DNA from: Dehalococcoidia bacterium
GTDB taxonomy: Bacteria; Chloroflexota; Dehalococcoidia; Lucifugimonadales; UBA3495
Direction of reading: 5' to 3'
Length of the DNA stretch: 64,000 nucleotides
NCBI GenBank assembly: GCA_965243255.1
Contig: CBDEUH010000004.1
Location: forward strand, 693,981-757,980
Shown here: piece after piece, positions 50,666 through 58,320 of the stretch
Numbering within the stretch: the first letter of the stretch is position 1
Layout of the letters: each line of letters opens with the position of its first letter
Notes under the pieces: model-generated
What the model was told of the DNA's origin: nothing
Seen by the model: the letters and a program-made list of their open reading frames with translations, nothing else
Databases searched by the model: none
Program-made: the position numbers and the translations under genes

Positions 50666-51865
50666 ATGGCCATTACCACTTTCGACAGCCTGTACGCCGG
50701 CCACGTTGACATGGATAACGTTGGTTACGCTGGCACCGCGGTGAACGACCGCACCTTCTCAGACGAATACCTGGCCACCGCCTTCGACAAGGGCGTGGCC
50801 ATCGCGCAGTGCCTGGACCGCAACGGCTATGACAGCTTCTGGATGGCGGAGCACCACTTCCAGCCTGAGGGCTACGAGTGCATCCCCAACCTGCTGATGT
50901 TCATCGTCCACCTGGCCCACGTTACGGAACGGCTGCGCTTCGGCTGCGGCTTCAACATCGCGCCGATGTGGCATCCGCTGCGACTGGCCGAGGACTTCGC
51001 CATGGCCGACTGGCTGACCAACGGGCGGGTCATCTTCGGCGTCGGTCGGGGCTACCACACTCGAGAGGTGGAGGTTTTTGGCTCTCCGCTGATGGACCAG
51101 CCGGCCAACCGGGACCTCTTTGAAGAACAGGTTGAGGTGCTGTTCAAGGCCTTCCACGAGCGTTCCTTCTCCCACCAGGGCACGCATTACAACTTCCCGC
51201 CCCAGGTTCCCTACCGGGGCTATGAGCTGCAGGAGCTGACGCTGGTGCCGCGCCCCAAGAACCTGCCGGTGGAGTGCTGGCAGCCCATCCAGGGCGGCAC
51301 CGGTCGCGCCCTGGAGTTCATGGCGAAAATGGGCATCAAGGGCGTCATCGGCGGCGGTTCCTCCGAGGGCGGGGCGATGGACGGCATCATGCACGGCTAT
51401 CGGGACGCTCTGCGGCGTCACGGCAAGCCCGACGCCGAGCTGGGCGAGGACCTGGCCGTCGGCTTCCACTTCCAGATCGCGCCCACCGTTGAAGAGGCGG
51501 CGCGCCAAGCGGCGGGCTACTACGAGGAGAACCTCAAGATGTTCGGCCCGCTGCGGCTTACGCGGGGCTTGACCGAGCAGCAAATCCTCGACATTAGCAA
51601 CCCCAAGGTCGCCCCCAACGCTGGGCTGCCCACCATCGGCGACGCCATCGAAAACGGCAGCGTCCTGGCCGGCCCGCCGGAACGGATTATCGAACAGCTG
51701 AAGGGCGTTGAAGAGCGCTATCCGGGTCTGAGTCGGGTGCAGGTCGGGCAGCCGGTGGGGACGCCGCAGTCGGTCATACTGGAGCAGCTGCAGTGGTTCG
51801 CCGAAGAGGTGATGCCCGCCTTCAAGGACACCAAGGTTGAAGCGGTGGCCGTCGCTGACAACTAA
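50666..51865 (+). CDS. LLM-class flavin-dependent oxidoreductase
   Basis: WMAEHHF, WHPLRLAED, FGVGRGY, F.EEVMPAF. Confidence 0.9.
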   Translation: MAITTFDSLYAGHVDMDNVGYAGTAVNDRTFSDEYLATAFDKGVAIAQCLDRNGYDSFWMAEHHFQPEGYECIPNLLMFIVHLAHVTERLRFGCGFNIAPMWHPLRLAEDFAMADWLTNGRVIFGVGRGYHTREVEVFGSPLMDQPANRDLFEEQVEVLFKAFHERSFSHQGTHYNFPPQVPYRGYELQELTLVPRPKNLPVECWQPIQGGTGRALEFMAKMGIKGVIGGGSSEGGAMDGIMHGYRDALRRHGKPDAELGEDLAVGFHFQIAPTVEEAARQAAGYYEENLKMFGPLRLTRGLTEQQILDISNPKVAPNAGLPTIGDAIENGSVLAGPPERIIEQLKGVEERYPGLSRVQVGQPVGTPQSVILEQLQWFAEEVMPAFKDTKVEAVAVADN

Positions 51866-51941
51866 TTGATGACGGGCGCAAGGGGACCCAGGCCGGGTCG
51901 TATGATACGCTGGAATGGCAAATCATACCCGGAGGTTTCCG

Positions 51942-52742
51942 ATGCCTGAAATTACCCAATACGCTCCCGGCACGCCGTCGTGGGCCGACCTGCTGGCCCG
52001 CGATGGACAGGCGGCCAAAGACTTTTACACGGCGCTTTTCGGCTGGACCTACGACGACCACCCGGCCGGGCCGGACATGGTGTACACCATGTTCTCCCAC
52101 AACGGCATGGCGGCCTGCGCGTCGGCCGAGGCCGGGCCGGGGCAGGAGAACCTGCCGCCCCACTGGAGCGTGTACGTAACGGTGGACGACCTGGAGGCGG
52201 CGGTGGAGCGGGCGACCAAGGCCGGCGGAACCGTAGTCCTCGGCCCCATGGACGTAACGCCCATGCCGGACCATACCGTAGGCCGGATGGCGATAATCCA
52301 GGACCGGGAAGGCGCGTTTCTGCGGCTGTGGTATCCGGTGGCCCACACCGGCGCCGGGGTGATGATGGAACCGGGGGCGCTGTGCTGGTTCGAACTGGCG
52401 ACGACCGACCCGGAGTCGGCCAGGGACTTTTATCAGCAGACGTTGGGCGTCGAGATCAATCTGGACGAGAACATTGAGGAATATTCCTACTGGCTGATGA
52501 CGGTCAACGACCAGATGGTGGGCGGCATAATGCAGATTGGCGAGGACTGGGGGCCGGTGCCGCCGAACTGGGGCGTCTATTTCGGCGTGAACGACGTGGA
52601 GGCAACGGTGGCCAGGGCGCAGGAGTTGGGCGGCCGGCTGGTGCACGGCCCGGCCGACATCACCGACTTCGCCCGATTCGCGGTGCTGGGCGACGCCGAG
52701 GGCGCCGTCTTCACCGTCATCAAGCTGAACGACTGGGGATAA
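51942..52742 (+). CDS. two-domain VOC/glyoxalase (CFP32-like) protein
   Basis: W.DL...FY..LFGW, W..Y..V.D, GG.V..GP.D repeated twice. Confidence 0.88.
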   Translation: MPEITQYAPGTPSWADLLARDGQAAKDFYTALFGWTYDDHPAGPDMVYTMFSHNGMAACASAEAGPGQENLPPHWSVYVTVDDLEAAVERATKAGGTVVLGPMDVTPMPDHTVGRMAIIQDREGAFLRLWYPVAHTGAGVMMEPGALCWFELATTDPESARDFYQQTLGVEINLDENIEEYSYWLMTVNDQMVGGIMQIGEDWGPVPPNWGVYFGVNDVEATVARAQELGGRLVHGPADITDFARFAVLGDAEGAVFTVIKLNDWG

Positions 52743-52750
52743 CCCGACTT

Positions 52751-52777
52751 GGGGGCGGCCGGTGCGTCGCCCCTACA
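52751..52777 (-). repeat. GTAG-type REP palindrome
   Basis: Reverse strand GTAGGGGCGACGCACCGGCCGCCCCC between convergent genes. Confidence 0.55.
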
Positions 52778-53678
52778 GCGTTCCCGGAGGGTAGTTTTCC
52801 AGCCACCATTTGGCGATTTCGTCACGGCGGGCGAACCAGACGCCCGGATGATTGCGGGCATAGCGCAGGAAGCGATCAAGGGCCCGGGAGCGGGCCGGCC
52901 GGCCGGCGATGCGGCAGTGCAGCCCCACCGACATCATCTTGGGGTGGGTGCGGCCCTCTTCGTAGAGCACGTCGAAGGTGTCTTTGAGGTATTCGTAGAA
53001 ATCGCCGACGCTGTTGAGGCCGCCGCGCCAGAACCGGGCATCGTTGGTCTCGAAGCTGTAGGGCAGCACCAGCCAGGGGCTGCCGCCCACGTCGGTGTAG
53101 TAGGGCAGGTCGTCGTTGAAGACGCCGCTGTCGTAGATGAAGCCGCCCTCGTTGACGACCAACTCGCGGGTGTTGACGCTGGGGCCGTAGCGGGTAAACC
53201 AGCCGAGGGGACGAACGCCGGTGGTGGCGGTGAGCGACTCCACGGTCATGCGGATGGCCTCGGCTTCTTCGTCGCGGGTCTTGCTGTGGTATTCCTCCCA
53301 GCGGTAGCCGTGGCCGCAGACTTCGTGGCCGCGTTCCACCACGGCGCGGGCGACTTCCGGGTTGCGTTCCATGGCCACGGCGCAGCAGAAGAAGGTGCTG
53401 GGGACGTTGTACTGGTCCAACAGGTTCAGGATGCGCCAGACGCCGACGCGGCTGCCGTACTCGAAGAAGGACTCGTTGAAGAGGTCGCGCTGGCCGGCGG
53501 GAATAGGGGACGGCACTTCGTTGTTGGACTCGTGGCGGTCGTCGCCGTCCAGCAGGGAGGTTTCGCTGCCCTCCTCGTAGTTCACGACGACGGAGACGGC
53601 GATGCGGGCGCCGTTAGGCCATTGGATGGGGGGAGGGTTGGGGCCGTAGCCGACGAAGTTGCGGGGTTGGTTAGTCAC
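52773..53678 (-). CDS. polysaccharide-deacetylase family protein, allantoinase PuuE-like
   Basis: RNFVGYG, WPNGARIAV..VVNYEEG, EYGSRVG.WR, HGYRW, MMSVGLH.R..GRP.R. Confidence 0.85.
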   Translation of the reverse strand: MTNQPRNFVGYGPNPPPIQWPNGARIAVSVVVNYEEGSETSLLDGDDRHESNNEVPSPIPAGQRDLFNESFFEYGSRVGVWRILNLLDQYNVPSTFFCCAVAMERNPEVARAVVERGHEVCGHGYRWEEYHSKTRDEEAEAIRMTVESLTATTGVRPLGWFTRYGPSVNTRELVVNEGGFIYDSGVFNDDLPYYTDVGGSPWLVLPYSFETNDARFWRGGLNSVGDFYEYLKDTFDVLYEEGRTHPKMMSVGLHCRIAGRPARSRALDRFLRYARNHPGVWFARRDEIAKWWLENYPPGTL

Positions 53679-53701
53679 CAGGAGCACTCCTCGATAAAGG
53701 T

Positions 53702-54799
53702 TTATCCCGGCATCCGGATTGGGCGTGTTGCCGGGCGGTTGTAGGGGCGGGCCGGGCAAAACGCCGACCTGGAGCGGGCCGGGTCGCCGGCGACTACTAT
53801 CATTATATTGTTGGGGTCGCGGACGATGGGCAGCATGGGGTCCGGTTCGGTGGGGTCCTCAACATCCAGCCACTTGGGCCAGAAGTAGGGTTCGCCAGCT
53901 TCGACGTTTCGCCCGTACCGTAGCTCTTTGTACCGGCGGACCCGTTCAATTGGGACCCTGGCCCGCTCGTACAGGTACAGTTGCACGTCGCGTTTCGTCC
54001 AGCCTTCCGCATGGAGGCCGTGGGCAATCAGCGGGCTGATCACCACCAGGGTATGCCCGCCGTGAATCATGTTGGGATTCAGGTTGCGCAGCGAGTCGGC
54101 GAGCACCCACAGGGCGAACTCCATGCTCCCCGATCCCGCCGGATTGTTGCCTCGTGGCCCGTCCGCCGCGAACACGGTTACGCAGCTTTCCTCCGGGTCG
54201 AAGCCGAAGTCGGTGTGAATCGGCGCCCAGGGCGTGTCCGCGTCTGCGCCCATGCAGTAGGAGTATTTGGACGGCGAACCCATCGTTGATTTGTCGCCGG
54301 TGTCGGGGCGGCCGTCGCCGAGGTTGATCATCATCAGGCGGAGGGCGCGGCCGACAGTGGCGTTAGCTCGGCTGCCGTGTCCGAAGAGGCCGACGCCGTG
54401 GTTAATTCCGATCTGCTCCACCACCGGGCCGCTCACGATTACCAAGGGCGCCGCCGGGTCGCTGGTAGCTTGCAGTCCGCGTATGTCCAAAACGGGATCC
54501 AACGCCGCCTCAGCCGCGGCCAGGACGATGGGCATATACTCGGGTCGGCAGCCGGCCATCACCGCGTTCGTCGCCGCCGCTTCCACCGTAACTACCCCCA
54601 TCCGAGGTGGCATCAATCCCAGGACCTCCGAGCCGTCGCGTCCCGATGCCGCTACGAAATCGGCGACGGCGGGCTCGGTGGGCGGTACGATGGGCAGGCC
54701 GTCAGTCCATCCGTTCTCGAAGTAGGTTTCGATGGTGTCCAGGGCGCCCTGGACGGTATCGAGGCCGGTGAGGCGTTGCGGGCTTTCCTCGGTTAGCAT
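53702..54799 (-). CDS. UGSC-associated hypothetical protein
   Basis: GWTDGLPIVPPT, NAVMAGCRPEY, RANATVGRALRL, GWTK. Confidence 0.75.
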   Translation of the reverse strand: MLTEESPQRLTGLDTVQGALDTIETYFENGWTDGLPIVPPTEPAVADFVAASGRDGSEVLGLMPPRMGVVTVEAAATNAVMAGCRPEYMPIVLAAAEAALDPVLDIRGLQATSDPAAPLVIVSGPVVEQIGINHGVGLFGHGSRANATVGRALRLMMINLGDGRPDTGDKSTMGSPSKYSYCMGADADTPWAPIHTDFGFDPEESCVTVFAADGPRGNNPAGSGSMEFALWVLADSLRNLNPNMIHGGHTLVVISPLIAHGLHAEGWTKRDVQLYLYERARVPIERVRRYKELRYGRNVEAGEPYFWPKWLDVEDPTEPDPMLPIVRDPNNIMIVVAGDPARSRSAFCPARPYNRPATRPIRMPG

Positions 54800-55380
54800 A
54801 CGCTGCTCTCGGAGCGGGCCGGCTGGGGCTCGGAGGTGATGGCGGCGACGACCTGGGCGGCGACGGCGCGGGCGCGGGCGGCGGCTTCTTCCCGGTTGCC
54901 CAGAGGGTGGGGGATGGTAACCAGGGGCAGGGTGTCCAGGTGGTTGGCGCGGGCGATGGAGGTGGCCAGGCGGACGAAGTTAGTGGTGGCGACCACTGCG
55001 GCCGGCTTGCCGACGCCCTCGAAGTTCACTGCATCGAGCATACTGCCCGACGTGCAGGAGCCTCAAAGGGCGACGCCGGAGATAAGGAAGTCGGCCTCCT
55101 CGCCAATCTCGGCGATGAGCGACGGCTCGGCGGGGCGGGTCGAGGTGAACTTGGTGCGCAGGACGACCCGGCTGACGCCGTACTCGGCTTCCAGTACCTC
55201 GGCGAGGCTGGTGAAGAAGTAGCTGGAGGTGTCGTTGCCGTTGTCGAGGAGGCCGGCCACTTTGCCGGCGACGCTGGGCAATCGGGGCGTCAGTTGACGC
55301 TCCACCTGATGCACGTAGCCGGTGGGGTTGAGATAGGTTACGCGGGCGGTGTCCTGGGCTACGGCTGCTGGCGTCGTCAT
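54793..55380 (-). CDS. UGSC-family thioredoxin-like selenoprotein (joins two track ORFs)
   Basis: In-frame ...SGVAL-TGA-GSCTSGSMLD...; TGA at 55063-55065 forms a UxxC motif. Confidence 0.85.
55029..55057 (-). promoter_or_regulatory. bacterial SECIS-like hairpin
   Basis: CUGCA-CG-UCGGGCA-GUA-UGCUCGA-UGCAG, apical loop 19 nt downstream of UGA, starting with G. Confidence 0.65.
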
Positions 55381-55494
55381 GGTGCACCTCATCGGTAGTT
55401 TCGGCCATCATACCACGCTGGACAATTCGGTCGTTACGGTACAGAATGGCGACAATTGCCGGAGCATCCACGCGCTAAACCCGGAGACTGTTTT

Positions 55495-57114
55495 ATGCCA
55501 ACCAATGCGACATCGGGCAAGCTAAGTCCGCTGCTTTTCCTGGAACGGAGCGCGGCGGTTTATCCTCACCGGGCCGCCTGCATCTACAACGGCGGCGTTA
55601 CCACCTACGGGCAGTTTTACCAGCGGGTGCGTCGCCATGCCGCCGCCCTGCGCAGCGTGGGCGTTGAGGCCGGCGACCGGGTGGCATATCTGCTGCCGAA
55701 TTTGCCGGCGATGCTGGAGGCCAACTTCGCGCCCATGGGCATCGGCGCGGTGCTGGTGGCGTTGAACATCCGGCTGTCGCCCCGGGAAATCGCATACATC
55801 CTGAACCACTCCGGCGCGAAGGTGCTGGTCTTCGACTCCGATCTGGCCGACACGGTGCGCCAAATGCGGGATGATTGCCCCGGCGTGGAGACCTACGTGC
55901 AGGTGCGGGATACGGCCCCGCTGGCTGGCGACATCGACGGGCCGGAGTTCGAGCAGTGGCTGGCCGGCGTGGAGCCGCTGGCAGAGCTGCCGGGCGCGGC
56001 GTCGGAAACGGACACGGTGACCATCAACTACACGTCGGGCACCACCGGGATGCCCAAGGGGGTGGAGTACACGCCGCGGGGCGCTTACCTGAACGCGCTG
56101 GGCGAGGCGATGGAGATGGGGATGGACTGGCGGAGCGTGTATCTGTGGACGCTGCCGATGTTCCACGCCAACGGGTGGTGCTTCCCCTGGGCGGTAACGG
56201 CAGTGGGCGGGACCCACGTTTGCCTGCGCCGGGTTGATCCGGCCGAGGTGTATCGGCTGATTCGTGAGGAATCGGTGTCGCACCTCTGCGCCGCGCCGAC
56301 GGTGCTAACCGCGCTGTACGCCGCGCCGGAAGCGGCCTCCGCCGACCTGACCGGGCTGTCGATTATGACGGCCGGCGCGCCGCCGGCTCCGCAGGTCATC
56401 CGCACCATTGAGGGAATGGGGGCTCGCATCATCCACGTGTACGGGCTTACCGAGACATACGGCCCTTGCACGGTGGCCGCGCCGCAGCCGGAATGGGCGG
56501 CGATGGACTCTGAGGAGTTGGCGCGGGCCAAAGCGAGGCAGGGGGTGCCCTTCATGGTGTACGGAACCGGCCTGCGGGTGGTGGACGAAGGGATGGCCGA
56601 CGTGCCTCGGGACGCCGAAACCATGGGCGAGGTGGTGATGCAGGGCGACGCGGTGATGAAAGGCTACTACAACGATCCCGACGCCACCGCCGAGGCATTT
56701 CGGGGCGGGTGGTTCCACTCCGGCGACCTGGCGGTGTGGCATCCGGACGGGTACATTGAGCTGCAGGACCGTTCCAAGGACATCATCATCTCGGGCGGCG
56801 AGAACATCTCCAGCCAGGAGGTGGAGAAGGTGATCATGGAACATCCCGCCGTGTTGGAGGTGTGCGTGGTGGGGGTGCCGGATGACCGGTGGGGCGAAGT
56901 GCCCAAGGCCTTCGTCGTTCCCAGAGACGGTGGAGCCATTTCAGCCGAGGAGATTATCGAGTTCACCCGCGACCGCATCGCGCATTTCAAGGCGCCCAAG
57001 AGCGTGGAGTTCGGCGAATTGCCCAAGACGGCCACCGGCAAAATCCAGAAGTACATCCTGCGGGATAAGGAATGGCAGGGCCAGGAGCGGCGGATCCAGG
57101 GGTCGCAGGTTTAG
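55495..57114 (+). CDS. acyl-CoA synthetase (AMP-binding)
   Basis: YTSGTTGMPKGV, YGLTE, FHSGDL, DRSKDIIISGGENI, PKTATGKIQK. Confidence 0.93.
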   Translation: MPTNATSGKLSPLLFLERSAAVYPHRAACIYNGGVTTYGQFYQRVRRHAAALRSVGVEAGDRVAYLLPNLPAMLEANFAPMGIGAVLVALNIRLSPREIAYILNHSGAKVLVFDSDLADTVRQMRDDCPGVETYVQVRDTAPLAGDIDGPEFEQWLAGVEPLAELPGAASETDTVTINYTSGTTGMPKGVEYTPRGAYLNALGEAMEMGMDWRSVYLWTLPMFHANGWCFPWAVTAVGGTHVCLRRVDPAEVYRLIREESVSHLCAAPTVLTALYAAPEAASADLTGLSIMTAGAPPAPQVIRTIEGMGARIIHVYGLTETYGPCTVAAPQPEWAAMDSEELARAKARQGVPFMVYGTGLRVVDEGMADVPRDAETMGEVVMQGDAVMKGYYNDPDATAEAFRGGWFHSGDLAVWHPDGYIELQDRSKDIIISGGENISSQEVEKVIMEHPAVLEVCVVGVPDDRWGEVPKAFVVPRDGGAISAEEIIEFTRDRIAHFKAPKSVEFGELPKTATGKIQKYILRDKEWQGQERRIQGSQV

Positions 57115-57130
57115 CCTGTCGGCGGCGGGT

Positions 57131-57212
57131 GGATTCCCGCCTTCGCGGGAATGACGTGCTGGATACGGGAATGACGAGCTGGATGCGGGAATGACGAGTT
57201 GGGCGCGGGAAT
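57131..57212. repeat. ATTCCC-N8-GGGAAT (dRS3-like) palindrome followed by 20-bp-period tandem half-sites
   Basis: GGATTCCCGCCTTCGCGGGAATGACG, then CGGGAAT at 20-nt spacing four times. Confidence 0.75.
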
Positions 57213-57245
57213 TAAAGAAGCGGGAGTTGCCTGAGGAGGACCAGT

Positions 57246-58289
57246 ATGGAGTTCGGATTGTTCCTGGAATTTCCCCGCCCGGTTGACGGCGACCATCACG
57301 ATGCCTTTACGCAGTCGTTCCGACTGGTGCAGGAAGCCGAAGACCTGGGGGTCGCGTCCGTCTGGCTGGCGGAGTATCACTTCAACATGGAGCGGGTGCT
57401 GGCTTCGCCGGTGATGATTGCCACTGCCATCGCCGCCAGGACCAGCACGATGCGCATCGGGACGGCGGTGTATTGCCTGCCGCTGGGCCATCCCATCCGC
57501 GTTGCTGAGGAGATGGCGACGCTGGACCACATCAGCGACGGGCGCGTGGAGCTGGGGGTGGGTCGTGGCACGTTCCCCAACGTTCACGAAGGGTTCAACG
57601 TGGGATTCGAGGAAAGCCGCAGCCGGTTCGACGAGTTCCTGGAAATCGTAGTCGCCGCGTGGACGAAGGAAACCTTCTCCTTCGAAGGGGAGCACTATTC
57701 CTGCGAAGAGCTGACGGTTACGCCCCGGCCTTTCCAGCAGCCGCATCCGCCCATCAGCGTGGGCGTAACGTCGGCGGAGAGCTTCCCCATCATCGGCGCG
57801 ATGGGCTACCCGCTGATTGTGAATCCGTCGCGGGTTTTCATGCTAGACGAGTTGGCCGGGCCGATGTCGGAATACCGGGCCGCGTGGAAGGCGGCGGGAC
57901 ATCCGGGCAATGGCAAGCTGGGGCTGCGGGTGCCGATTTATGTCAACGAAGACGCCGAGCTGGCGTACCGCAATCCGATGGAATCGGCGATGCACTCGGT
58001 AACGAGGCTGGGCAATCGGGTCGGTTCCTACGCCGGACGGGAGGGAACCACCGGGGACTGGGGCGAGCAGAGCCGGCGCATCCTGGGGATGGAATACGAC
58101 GACTGGCTGCGGGACAAGGTGGTGTACGGCACGCCGGACCACGTTGCCGAAAGGCTGGCGCAGCTGGAAGAAACGCTGGGCCTGGACCAGTTAATCTATG
58201 AGGTCAACTTCGGCAACCTGATGTCGGACGAACTGCAAACGGATTCGCTGCGGCTGTTCAACAAGAAAGTGCTGCCGAGTCTGACCTAG
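57246..58289 (+). CDS. LLM-class flavin-dependent oxidoreductase
   Basis: WLAEYHF, HPIRVAEE, LGVGRG, PFQQPHPP. Confidence 0.9.
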   Translation: MEFGLFLEFPRPVDGDHHDAFTQSFRLVQEAEDLGVASVWLAEYHFNMERVLASPVMIATAIAARTSTMRIGTAVYCLPLGHPIRVAEEMATLDHISDGRVELGVGRGTFPNVHEGFNVGFEESRSRFDEFLEIVVAAWTKETFSFEGEHYSCEELTVTPRPFQQPHPPISVGVTSAESFPIIGAMGYPLIVNPSRVFMLDELAGPMSEYRAAWKAAGHPGNGKLGLRVPIYVNEDAELAYRNPMESAMHSVTRLGNRVGSYAGREGTTGDWGEQSRRILGMEYDDWLRDKVVYGTPDHVAERLAQLEETLGLDQLIYEVNFGNLMSDELQTDSLRLFNKKVLPSLT

Positions 58290-58320
58290 AGGGTGGAACT
58301 CTGAAGTTGTTGCTGCGGGG

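Noticed and set aside
55063-55065. Nonsense mutation/pseudogene
   Set aside because: TGA sits in a UxxC motif and is followed by a SECIS-like hairpin, which favours selenocysteine
57131-57232. Possible mini-CRISPR
   Set aside because: 20-nt period is too short and there are no unique spacers
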